Assembly (NCBI RefSeq): GCF_036321535.1
Contig: NC_087466.1
Span: forward strand, 1,612,001-1,676,000
Direction: 5' to 3'
Source of the DNA: Camelus dromedarius
Lineage: Eukaryota
DNA length: 64,000 nt
Shown here: piece after piece, positions 28,701 to 52,443 of the stretch
How positions within the stretch are numbered: position 1 is the stretch's first letter
Layout of the letters: each line of letters starts with the position of its first letter
Notes under the pieces: generated by a model
What the model was told of the DNA's origin: nothing
The model's database searches: none
What the model saw: only the letters and a program-made list of their open reading frames with translations
Program-made: the position numbers and the translations under genes

Positions 28701-29829
28701 CCGGCCCCCACGCCCACGCTCCTGCCCCACAGGCAAGCGTCACAGGGAGACATCAGTGATGACACAGAACGGAAGTGCCCTGGGGGCCTAGGTGGGCCTC
28801 TATGGTGCGGGATCATCTGAAAAACAAATGGGGTGAAACCGACAGCTGAACCGCACTCAGGCGGTGCTCGCGCCACCGGGGAGCGCAGCCAGCAGCTCCT
28901 TCCAGCTCAGCTGGGACAAGGGCACGAGGCAGACCTGTCAGCCAGACTGTCATTAGCAAAGTTGGAAACCTGGACTCCTTACAGCTTTCTCTTCTCACAT
29001 GGGTGTTTTTTTTTTTCCTCTGCAACATTAGCTTTCAAAAGATACTGCGGGTCCCAAATACCTCTCTGGGTTTTGCTAAGAGGGCTCCAAAGCGGGGCCG
29101 CCAACATACCTCGTAGGAGAAATTCAAGGCCTCTTCGTCCACTCTGTCTCTNNNNNNNNNNNNNNNNNNNNNNNNNNNNNNNNNNNNNNNNNNNNNNNNN
29201 NNNNNNNNNNNNNNNNNNNNNNNNNNNNNNNNNNNNNNNNNNNNNNNNNNNNNNNNNNNNNNNNNNNNNNNNNNNNNNNNNNNNNNNNNNNNNNNNNNNN
29301 NNNNNNNNNNNNNNNNNNNNNNNCCGACACTCCCGCCAAAGGGACAAGCATGCACGTCTCCACTGACNNNNNNNNNNNNNNNNNNNNNNNNNNNNNNNNN
29401 NNNNNNNNNNNNNNNNNNNNNNNNNNNNNNNNNNNNNNNNNNNNNNNNNNNNNNNNNNNNNNNNNNNNNNNNNNNNNNNNNNNNNNNNNNNNNNNNNNNN
29501 NNNNNNNNNNNNNNNNNNNNNNNNNNNNNNNNNNNNNNNNNNNNNNNNNNNNNNNNNNNNNNNNNNNNNNNNNNNNNNNGGGCCTTAGAGAAGGATCCTC
29601 TGGAGAGAAGAGACGCTCCGTAGAAGTTGAGCGGGTCCTCGGCAGGGGGTTCGGCCTGTCCATCACCACCAGAGCCAACGTCCATTACCTCTGCATCACT
29701 GGACGTTTGCAGGGGAGGTGGTGGAGACTGTTCACGGGGCAGCACTTGGAGGGGGCAAGCTCGGTTCTCCATCACCGCTCCTCCTGCGGGCTCACGCGGG
29801 AGAGGAGAGGGACTCTCACATGTCTCCAT
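16780..29829 (-). CDS. DGCR8: Microprocessor complex subunit DGCR8 (773 codons, 13 coding exons; N gaps in first coding exon)
   Basis: Exons 29829-29110 ([10 protein letters not shown].., 720 nt including Ns), 28677-28518, 26698-26556 (WW: [20 protein letters not shown]), 26394-26112 (heme-binding IPCL), 24942-24745, 24525-24424 and 23770-23672 (dsRBD1), 22506-22424, 19628-19528, 19323-19217 and 18286-18159 (dsRBD2), 17406-17293, 16863-16780 (..PLCTVDV*). All junctions are GT-AG, total 2322 nt. Confidence 0.97.
20005..20200 (-). mobile_element. MaLR LTR fragment (MLT1C/D-like)
   Basis: Resembles the recalled MLT1 consensus: ..aacaacag..ctggaggctagagtcc..ccttcctgg..cagcctctgg..catcctcggcttgtggctgcatcac. 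Confidence 0.6.
20620..21800 (+). mobile_element. Old L1 ORF2 fragment (endonuclease to RT region), antisense to DGCR8
   Basis: A-rich strand. ORF 21343-21639 contains [41 protein letters not shown], homologous to the L1 RT motif [36 protein letters not shown]. Confidence 0.85.
21860..22095 (+). mobile_element. L1MB-type 3' end
   Basis: gacagaaag..gtgactgctaatgggg..tttctttt..ccactgaactgcacagtttaaaagggcaaaattt..aataaag matches the recalled L1MB/L1MA 3'UTR end. Confidence 0.75.
22525..22572. repeat. Degenerate hexamer array (YGAGGG)8
   Basis: TGAGGG TGAGGG TGTGGG CGAGGG CATAGG CAAGGG CGAGGG CGAGGA. Confidence 0.8.
29152..29323. other. N run (172 nt) in DGCR8 exon 2
   Basis: Seen directly. 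Confidence 0.99.
29368..29579. other. N run (212 nt) in DGCR8 exon 2
   Basis: Seen directly. Confidence 0.99.
29651..29735 (-). ncRNA. MIR1306: mir-1306 hairpin (DGCR8 mRNA hairpin B, inside the CDS)
   Basis: 5p arm CCACCTCCCCTGCAAACGTCCA (29721-29700) and 3p arm ACGTTGGCTCTGGTGGTG (29681-29664) match recalled miR-1306, and the arms base-pair. Confidence 0.93.
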
Positions 29830-29962
29830 AGTGAAAGTGGGTAAGACTACTTTAAAAGACCAGAGTTTTAAAAACCTTACATAAATCTACACAGCTAACA
29901 TGCACAAGTCCGCCGAGACCCAGGCGCCGTCCTGCCCGCGCTGCACACGCTGGCGGCTTAGT

Positions 29963-30050
29963 CAAGCTGGCCACATTGCTCTTTTCATTAATGTAGACAG
30001 CTTTTAGAACCACTGCCTCAATTATTGGAAATCACAATGCACTCAGCTTA
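29963..30050 (-). ncRNA. MIR3618: mir-3618 hairpin (DGCR8 5'UTR hairpin A)
   Basis: TAAGCTGAGTGCATTGTGATTTCCAATAATTGAGGCAGTGGTTCTAAAAGCTGTCTACATTAATGAAAAGAGCAATGTGGCCAGCTTG appears identical to the recalled human hairpin. It lies in exon 2, whose acceptor is at 30109. Confidence 0.92.
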
Positions 30051-31459
30051 AATGACTGACGACTAAGCGAGCCTGTCTTCGTGCCCGAGGGGCACCTGTC
30101 TTCCTCCACCTGCAAAGAGACGTAAAGACATCGTCACAAATGGCAGAATCTTCTGCTTCCCTGGTACCAGGAGTTGAGTGCTATTTACAGCAGATTTAAA
30201 AAACTTGAAATAATACTGCCTGAGAGAACCTTTCAGGTTTCAAAACAATCTAACTCTACTTTTTTCTTCAGAACCTAAATCATAATTTAAATCCAAAGTT
30301 AAATACGTTACTTGTCCACTATAACTCCAACTTCAGAAGCACAAAAACAGTACTACCTTTAGACTCAAAAAGGATTTAAGAAAAAAAAAAAACTGCACTA
30401 AGCTTCACCGCAGCACCCACTCAGTTTATTAGGTAGGCCAGCACGCAGTGCAAGGCCGCCCTTTCCAGAGCACACAGCTGGCGTGCGGCTTCCCTCCAGC
30501 CACCAGAGCGACACCGATCCACTCACCTGCTAGGGCCGGGTCAGTCAGAGGGCAAGCGTGGGGCCCTCGGCTCAGCTCTGTGGCACTAGGGCCTCAGAGG
30601 CAGGGCCAGGGGCTGTATTACCCCGGGACCCCAGGGCACAGGGACAGGGACAGTGATGCAGCGAGCTGGTTCAGTCCCAGGAGAGGAGGGGGCGGGGGCT
30701 GTAGGGAAGAGGGCCTGGCCAGGGTTGGGGGACTACGGGAGACAGCTGGGGCCACGGCACAAAGGAGTCCTGGGGCAACATGAAGTCACTGGGGTGAAGT
30801 GCCTCCCGTGCCACAGCTCAGTCCTCCCTATGGCTGCACCTGAGGCCAGAGGGCAGAGGGGTGAGAGAGGCTCTGGCAGCAGGCTGGCCCTCAAGAACAG
30901 CAGACACAGGACTGAGCGCACTGCTGACAGGTGGAGGCGGAGCAGGGACAAGAAAGAACAGAGGACAAGATTTCACCGCGGCTCCTACCCTCCCCCGTCC
31001 TCACCGCTGCCCCTTCTCCCCTGGGGGATGCGCTGCAGTATTCAGGCAGGAGCCTGCAGAGGAGCGTGGACGGAGCCTCTGGGCAGACCTGGCCCGGATA
31101 CAGACGGCCAGAACGCATCAACGACCGGGCCACAGGAGAGGGAACGCAGACCAAGAGGAAGGCTGAAGAGCCAACTCTGGGAAGTTCACTCCGGGGGAAG
31201 CATGACAAAAGGGGAGATGTGAGGCTGAGACGACAGGCCAGGGGCAGTCCAAACCCAGGTCTGCAGGAGGGCAAGGCATCAGAACGGAAGCACGTGCAGA
31301 CACGCAGGAACATGCCATGCACACAGTTGTGGACACACACGCATGCCCACACCTATTTGTTGCAGACGGAACAGGAAACACGTTGAAGTTTACAATGAAG
31401 GGACAGAGTGTCTGGTTACTTTCAAGGGGACACCACACAAAAATCAGAGACCTGTTTAC

Positions 31460-31570
31460 ATTTAGTTAATTAATCCAACAAATATTTGCAGACCACCTAC
31501 TCTGACAGGGGCATTACCATGAACAAGAGGACGACCACAGATCTGTCACTCTATTTCCTAGATTCTAAGG
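31460..31570 (-). mobile_element. L2 3' end fragment
   Basis: ttaatccaacaaatatttgcagaccacctactctg..catgaacaagagg.. resembles the reverse complement of the L2 3' end. Confidence 0.6.
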
Positions 31571-32244
31571 TGCCCTTCCATTTCTGAATTCGTGGGAATT
31601 TAGCACAATGCCTCCCTCACAGGTATGTGTCCCAGGGGTGTTCAGGATGAAGGAAACACGGCACACAGGTGATGACAGGCTCAGAGCCACAGTGGACACT
31701 GGGGAGGCGACAGCCAGCCAGACACGGCAAACACCAAGTGGAGTAAGGCCAGTCTCCTGGCAACCAAGAAAGATCACTTCAGAGGAGGTCAGATAAATCG
31801 GCATGCCCAGCACTACAGAACACACATACAACCAGAACTAAATCCCCCGGCACCGGACAGGTCTGCAAAGACCTGAGCAAGAGCCAGTCCGTGATTCTGG
31901 GGGCTGAAGAGGCTACACTGAAGATGTGAGGAGACGGGGGCATGGGAGCCATGCGGTGCAGGATGGGGACGCCTGCTACCATGTTCAGAGGCTAAGCAGC
32001 AGCCAGAGTCAAAGCAGGATGCCCAAGTGAAATGATAACTGATGAAGGGAGACCTTGAAGGGGTGCACAGAGCAGGGTCCCAGAGCTGTGGAGAGAAGGT
32101 CTCTGGAGCTGAGGGGAGCCTCCCCAGCCCCAGGGGAGCATCTCCCAGCTGAGGACTCCCGGTGGAAAGGGCTGCCCTGGGCAGGCTCCTTACCGCTCCT
32201 TTGTGGGCTTTCCCTCCTCATCAACGCCTTCCATGTGGTACACA

Positions 32245-33260
32245 CCACTCTACATGCTGAAGACACGAGAGAGACAAAATCCCTGGCCACAGAGCTCACA
32301 TTTTCACGGGAGAGATGGACAAGTAACAACTAAGAAAAGTTGAGACCCGTTCAAGAGGAAACAAAGCAAGGAAAGGGTGGGCAGTGAAGGCCTGGTGGTC
32401 AGCCTCCACCTGAGGGCAGAGGACAGGGCCAGGTGGGCAGTGGGGTTTGGTGGGGAGCATCCTAGGCAACACGAAGAGCAAAGGCCCCAGAGTAGGAGCA
32501 CAGGGTGGCAGGTGAGAGCACTATGCTGAGCAGGGAGAGGGGAGGCCAGGTCAGTGAGGGCGGGTGAGACCAGGACCCTGGCTCTTATCGTGATGGAGAT
32601 GGACCACTGGGCAGGAGGGTCCAGGCAGTGAGGCCACGTGATCCAAGGTCAGCAGTGGCAGCCAGCCCTCACCCAGGCCCTGTTCTCAGTGCTTTATGCA
32701 CTGTCACTCACCAGTTCTCACACAGCACTAAAAAAGGTTAAGCAACTTGCTCAAGGTCGAACAGCTGGAAAGCAGTGGGGATGCTTTACCCCTCAGGCAG
32801 GCTGGGTGCAGTCTGTACTGCCTTGGTTTTACAGTCTTGCAGTTTTAAAAAACCACTATGTGTCCAAAAAAACTATAGGTGGGTGGAAGGCAGGAGAGGC
32901 AAAGGCCAGAGCAAAGGAAAGGGGCTCACCAGGCAGCCTGGGCCAGCACATGAAGCTGGAGGTGGTGAGGAACTGTCCTGAGGGCTGCATGGAGACCTAC
33001 GAGAGGACGCAGGTGACTGCAGACTCAAGGACGGAATGGTCATGCGCCAAGGTGGTGAGGGCAGCACCAGGTGGGTGGATATAGGAGTCTAGGTTTGGGC
33101 AAGGCTACTTGGCATCAGAGTAACCATGGAGATGTGGGAGAGTCAGTGAGAACCAGGAGGCTGCAGCTCAGAAGGAAGGCCAGGGCTGGAGGTGCAAGTG
33201 CAGATGTCAAGGAGAGCGTGCATTAAAGCCAAGAGGCTGGACAAGATCCCCAAAGGCAGC
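32245..33260 (-). mobile_element. L2 fragment interrupted by a MIR
   Basis: ..gacaaaatccctggccacagagctcacattttc.. and ..gctcagaaggaaggccagggctggagg..ggacaagatcccc.. are L2-like purine-rich segments. Confidence 0.55.
32670..32830 (-). mobile_element. MIR SINE fragment
   Basis: aggttaagcaacttgctcaaggtcgaacagct is the MIR core. Confidence 0.7.
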
Positions 33261-34179
33261 TCCAACAAGAGGCCAAGATCGGGCAAACCAGTCAGGTCCA
33301 CTTCCCTAATCCCAAGGTCACAGTTTGATTATAGAACCCCCCGGGAGGTGCCCTGCAGATTGCCTGGCCATAAAGGGTTCAGAGGGTGGCTCTTCTGCCC
33401 TCGGTCTCACTACTGCTTCAGCTGACTGAACACAGGATGCAAACCTTGCTTGCCAAGTGGACCACAAGCCAGCAGCAGACTCGCAGCAGGCGCCCTGGAT
33501 CCCTGGCACAGAGTAAAACCCACATGGTTGGACAGCACCCTTCATTGAGGTCCGCTTGCTGGGTGGCTCGGAAGCGCCGTCTGTGATGGTCCAGTGCTGT
33601 GGCTGCTTGCTGCCTTTTGGACAAGCCTCTCGTGCTGCAGCCCCCCGCCCAACCCAGCGGCAGTATGACCTCATCCACTCCTTTTGTCATCCTCCGAAGG
33701 CCTCACATACTGCACTCACAGGCAGCACTGACGACTGGTGAGCGAACGCCTGCGGCAAGGTTTGGCCCCCTCTACCCGCAGCTCGTGACTGGGAGCCCAG
33801 GCTGCGGCTGGGGACAGGATCCCCGCCTAGTGGTTGGCCTGCCACGGTCACCAGCCTAGACTGGACTGCCGTGTACCAGGTAACAAGGAACATGCAAGCA
33901 TGCAGAACCACAAATTGTGTTCCTACCCTGAGCAACCCAAGTCCACCGGACGACACCTGACAGGTATCACTGTCAACAGGTTGCCACCTTCCATTTATTT
34001 CTGTTCCGGTCATTGTTAGACAAAACCACATCCAGACCATATAATGATGCTCAGTCGTGAGCATTTGGTGGAGAAGACTGGGGCCACTTCTCAGATTTCC
34101 CGAACTATGTTACTCTGGGCAGCACCGCCCCTGTCCGTCCCCTTCCCGCCTGAGAACCATCTACGGCTTCGGGCCCACG

Positions 34180-35200
34180 GGGCGAGGGGCCTGCTGACAC
34201 CTGGGTGTTCGCCCAAGCGGAGAGCCGCCAGCGCGGCGACCCACGGCCCCCGCCCCGCCCCCTGCGGGACCTCCGCCCCGCGCTCCGGGGCCCTCGGCCA
34301 TGATGCTTCACAAAGGCCGGGATTCCGCGTGGCCCGGCCCGCCCGCGCCCTCCCACCCGCCGTCCGGCCCGCGGCCTCGGCCCGGGAGGGAGGGAGGGGA
34401 AGGGCGCGCCTCCCGGAGGCCGCAGCGCTGCCCGCCCGCCCGCCCGGCCGCGGGGCGCCCCTCGCGCCCCGCACCTACCTCCGGCGCCCGCGGCCCGCCG
34501 AGCTGCCCGCAGCCCGACCGCGGCGGAGACCCTCAAGGCCCGGCCGCCGCCGCCATCCAGAAGGGCCGCGCGGGCGCTCTCCGGTCGGCGGGACCCGCCT
34601 GCCGCGCGGGGCGAGCGGAGGGTGGGCCTTGGCGCGCGCGGCCAATCCTGCGCGCGGCCGTCCCGCATTGGGGGAGCCACGGAGCGGGCTGCGGAGGCCG
34701 CCAATCGGCGGCGCGCGGCGCTCGCGGCCACGGCGCGCGGCCCAATGGAGAGGCCGCGCGGGCGGGACCAGGCGCTGAGGCCGCGGCCGCGCTAACGGTC
34801 GCCGCCGGGGCGGGGCTCGCCGCGCGGAGGGCGGCGGCCGCGGGGGACGCCGGGAACGGGGAGCGCGGAGGACGCCGGGAACGGGGAGCGCGGGGGAAGC
34901 CGGGACCCGGGGTCGGAGGGCCAGTCTACGGGGTGGGCGGTGCGGACGAGGCCGCGCACACACGGGCGTAACACATATTCCGTTTCAAAGCATTAAACAT
35001 AACCATTAGGGGAAAAAAGACGAACGCGCAACTGTCTGGCACTTTTCTGTTCGCTGATCCTGCGCGAGGAGCCTCCGCCAAGGGGCTGAGCAAGTGCGGA
35101 AGGGACGTCTCTGGGACCCAGCTCCGAGGAAAGACGGAAGCGAAAGTCTTCCGTCGGCGGCGGGCACAGGGCCTGCTGCAGACAGACGTCCCGGACGCTA
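34180..35200 (-). promoter_or_regulatory. DGCR8 CpG-island promoter and non-coding exon 1
   Basis: Exon 1 donor GAG|GTAGGT at 34479/34478. Four CCAAT boxes (34642, 34667 reverse, 34701, 34742) and GC boxes lie upstream. Confidence 0.85.
34839..34913. repeat. 25-bp minisatellite, 3 copies
   Basis: CGCGGGGGACGCCGGGAACGGGGAG / CGCGGAGGACGCCGGGAACGGGGAG / CGCGGGGGAAGCCGGGACCCGGGGT. Confidence 0.9.
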
Positions 35201-35269
35201 CGCAGAGCGGACAGAAAAGGAGAAACGGGCGGGGTTTTGTTAGTTTTGCAGTTTCTCCCTCAAGACACT

Positions 35270-35905
35270 AAGTGCAAAGGGAAGGTGGTTAACTCTGCAG
35301 GAAATAACCCGAGGGTAACCTTAACCAAGTGACCAAGGTCACCAGCAAAGGCGCACATATCCAAGCATCAGCTCGTACACTTCAAAGACGAATACTGCAT
35401 TGTGTGTCAGTGATACCTCCATAAAAATTAAGGAAAAAGGCGCCAGTAAAGGGACATGTCGAGGACCCTGAGGAGGACATTATCACTTGTGGGGACTAAA
35501 GCCCAAAAGGCAAAGTGTGAATCTAATCATGAAGGAAGACCAGGCACACCCACGTGAAAGCCCTTCTACCCACAAAAGTGTCAAGATCATTCAAGTCAAA
35601 GACAAAATGAGGAGCCATCTTGGACGGAAGGGGACACAACCAAGTGCCACCTGGCATCCAGACCCCAGACTGGGTTTGAGCTCAGACAAGGATGTTAGCG
35701 GGATAGTTGATGAAATTCAGAAAAGGTGTGAAGGTTAGTTACTAGTGTTGTGTCAATGCTAATTTCCTGATTGTAATCATTTTACTGTGGTTAGGTAAGG
35801 TTTTAAGGTTGGGAGGAACTGGGTGAAGGATATTTGATTCTTTGTTCCATTTTTCCAAGTTTGTAGCAAGTTGAAATCATTTCCCAATGAAAAGGTTAAA
35901 GAAAG
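35270..35905 (+). mobile_element. L1MC/L1MD-type 3' region
   Basis: ccttaaccaagtgaccaagg..gaatctaatcatgaagga..aaaagtgtcaagatcat..gtcaatgctaatttcctgatt..ggaactgggtgaagg matches recalled L1MC 3' consensus. Confidence 0.75.
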
Positions 35906-36819
35906 GCGGGGGAGGGGATGCTGCCTGTGGTGTAGGCGGAGGTATACCCAAGCCCTTCCCTCCTTGCCTGCCCTCTGCTTGCCAGGCTGCACCAGGAGTC
36001 AGCCCCAGGCACCCCACAGTGGTCATCGAGTCCTGTGAGGGTCCAGCTCCTAGACCCCACCAGCTGCTGGCCTTGCCCAATGCATGGAAACCCTGACACA
36101 AGACACTACAACCAGCTTCCACTTGGCTTGGCACCAACTGGGTGACGGACAAGGACTGTACCACGGGACCTCCCCACCGTCCCCACCTGGCTCCAGCCTC
36201 AGAGTTACAAAGATTGACACCTGGAAGCTGGAACTCCAGCCCAGGCTGGGGTAGGACCCCTCTAGACTGCTGTATTTCCACCTCAGCCTGGCTCACCTGT
36301 GAGCTAGGTCTCTGCTGAAGCCTGGATGATGCCACCTGCTAGCAGATGAGACCAGAGCCGGGTGTTGGCAGGGTCTCTGCAGACAGGCCAAGCTGAGGCC
36401 TGGCAGGACGAGACCTGAGGCCAGGCTGTATTCCTGGGCTGGTTGCGTGTACTCACAGACTTGGGTCTGTGTTAGTCAGCCCCACACCTTCAGCTTCCTT
36501 GCGGCCATCGTGGAGCCAGAGAGCAAAAGCAGCTCATCTGGGAAGGGGCAGAGTCCCCATCTGCCCAGGAGAAGAGACCCACATTAGGGAGTCAGGGATC
36601 AGATGCACCTGGTGACAAGCAGAGACCTTCCTGTGTGGCATGTCAAAGGCACTTTCAGAAATACCAGCTTCCCAGGGTCCCCAAACCTGCTAACAGCACA
36701 GGCCTCACTTCCAGGCATTGGCCTAAATAAATGGGGCTTGGGAAGGACCAGCACTGCCTTTCTTGGTCCAAACATCTACCTGGCCTAGGCATCAGCACAA
36801 GTCAGTAGGCAAGAGAGGA

Positions 36820-37170
36820 AAGGTCCTGACTTCCTGGAGCTCTTGTTTTGACAGAGGGACACACAAGAAGTAGTCAAAATGCACAGCGTTTATCAGTGCT
36901 CACTGCTACAGGGCAGAGCAGAGCAGGGACCAAGGCAGGGAAGGCTGCACCTCCAGGTAGGATGGCTCCCCCAGGACTTTAGCAAAGACCTGCAGGATGT
37001 GAGGGGGAGTGAGTACAGTTTGGGTGTCTGGGGGAGGAGCCCTTCAGGCAGAGGGGACAGCACGTGCAAAAGCCCTGGGGCAGCAGCTGGTCAGAAAGCA
37101 TGGCCATGAGCAGGGGCAAGTGAGGTGAAGGTGGGAGGGGGTCCAGGCAGCAGGGTGAACCCAGCATGGG
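36820..37170 (-). mobile_element. L2 fragment
   Basis: gacctgcaggatgtgagg..ttcaggcagaggggacagcacgtgcaaaagccctgggg is a typical L2 segment. Confidence 0.6.
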
Positions 37171-37315
37171 AGGACTCCGAGGTCTGCCTTGTCCTCATCC
37201 TGTTCCCTCCTGGCTTCAGGGCTCTGCCTCCCTGCCTGCCTGGGGACTGAGGTACACTGAGGTGTCTTCCTCAGCCTGAGTTTCCTAGTGTGTACAGAGG
37301 CCACAATTTTTTTTT

Positions 37316-37690
37316 TTATTTTGCTCGGGCTGCCCTAACAAAGTACCACAACTGAGGGGCTTAAACAAGGGAATTTATTCTCACAGTCTGGAGGCTGGAC
37401 ATCTGAGGTCAGGGTAACACAGGGTCCTGGAAGGATGTTCCCTGGGTTCTCTGCCAGCCAGGTGGTTCCCCAGCTCCAGTCTTCACGAAGTCCACCTGCA
37501 TGCCTGTCTGTCCCTGTGTCCAAATTTTCTTCTTTATAAGGACACCAGTCGTATTGGATTAGGATCCACTGTAATGATCCTATTTTATCCTGATTACCTA
37601 TGGAGAGACCCTAATGAGGTCACATTTTGAAGTACTGGGGGCTGGGATACAACGTATCTTTTGGAGAGGGGCACAACTCAACCCACAGCA
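37316..37690 (-). mobile_element. MaLR solo LTR (MLT1B-like)
   Basis: ttgctcgggctgccctaacaaagtaccac..ataaggacaccagtcgtattggattagg..cacattttgaagtactggggg..gcacaactcaacccacagca is a near full-length match to recalled MLT1B. Confidence 0.88.
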
Positions 37691-38589
37691 ACAGAACTAC
37701 ATCCTGGGCTGCCCCTTCTTCGTGGGGCCCAACCTGGGGGATGGGCGGGGGCAGAGAGGCCCATGACAAGTATGGAGAAGCTCTCCCTGGGCAGGCCAGG
37801 CCCTGGGGCAGAGGCAAACATCTGGAAGGCTCTTCAGGTGCACCCATCCCAGGGGTGCCCCCCGAGGGCAGACATGCCTGGCCAGGGTGGGTGCTGGTGT
37901 GGGGACCTGGTCTGTGACAGGAGTGGTCTGCTGAGGCAGATACAGGGAGTTGGCGGTGCTGGAGCTGGAAGCCTGGCTTGTCGTGGCTCAGCTGGACCTG
38001 TGGGGGCCCAGGGGCCTCGGCTGAAGCACACCAAGAGCCCCTGTCAAGCCTGGCTGTGCGCAAGCACTTTTCTTCTCAGTTCAAAGTAGCCCAAGGAGGG
38101 CGTTGGACGGGAGGAGGGGAGAGACCCAGGACCCCTAAATGCTCCACCCCAGCTGGGAACAGGAATGCCAGAGCGTCTGCCCTAAACCAGGGGGCAAGTG
38201 GTTTGCCCTCTTATCTTGACTTCCAGCCCTTCCTGCCATCCCCTGGCCTCGGGGCTCCACCGAGTGCAGGCTTGACCACACTGCTCCCTCGGGGGCCCCG
38301 GGTTTCCACCTGCACCCAGATGAAGTCCCGGCTCCTTGGCCCAGCTCAGGAGGCCCTGTAACCACCACCTACCATATCCCGTGCACCCTGGTCTCTGCCC
38401 AAAGACAGAAGAGGGACAGGCTGACAGACCCTCGGGCTTCCATCGTGGTACACAGGAGCCGTGAGCAAAATGAGGAGTGGAAAGAGCCTTGCACCAGGGT
38501 CTGCACCCTGGGAGTTCCCGCAGGCCAGGAGAGCAGCCCCCGAGCCCTTGCACAGCAGCCTGATCGTCCCGTCACCGTGGCCTCGGAGC

Positions 38590-38595
38590 TTTATT
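38590..38595 (-). terminator. TANGO2 polyadenylation signal
   Basis: AATAAA on the minus strand about 700 nt after the TANGO2 stop. Confidence 0.75.
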
Positions 38596-39292
38596 ATCGG
38601 TGCCTCACACTCATGCACAGATTGCGATGACGTTTGAGTCCCCAGGAGAAGGAAACAGCTGGGGCAGCTGTGTCCCCTCACTGAGGTGGCCTGCCCAGAA
38701 CCAGCAAGCCTGACAGGCAGGCAAACTAACCCAGCACGCACAGGACCCCCAGCACACGCAGAGCCTCTGGACCCACCAACCGAGCTGTGCTTCTGCTGTG
38801 GAGACTGTTTTCCTTCTTCCTCATTCCAGATGTGGCCTGTCTCCTCTCCAGGAGCAGGTCTGGCTGTCAGGAACTGGGCTACGCCCCAGAGACGAGAGGC
38901 CACTTTGAAACAGAAGTCCACCCTTACTCTTTTGATCATAGCAAGACTTACTGGCCAGAAGCACATGTGGGTGAGCACACACCTCTGCGCTGTGGCCCAC
39001 GTGGGTGTGTACATCCAGGAGTGTGTGCGTGTGTCCCCGTGTACCTGTAGGTGTGCCTGTGCGTGCACTTCTGTGTACAGGCCAGGGGGAAGCACAGCAC
39101 ACCTGGGCCTGCCCCAGACCTGCCCATGGGACTCTCACCCCCATGGGCAGAAGGGTGGACCAGAGCTAGACACGGGGACAGAGATACTTCACATCAGTCG
39201 GAGGGCGCTGGCCCTTGAGGGAAGCTGGCTGAGTCGCAGACAGTACACATGGCAGGGCCTTCCAGTAGTCCCTGGCCACACCTGGGGGCAGC

Positions 39293-52443
<13,151 letters not shown>

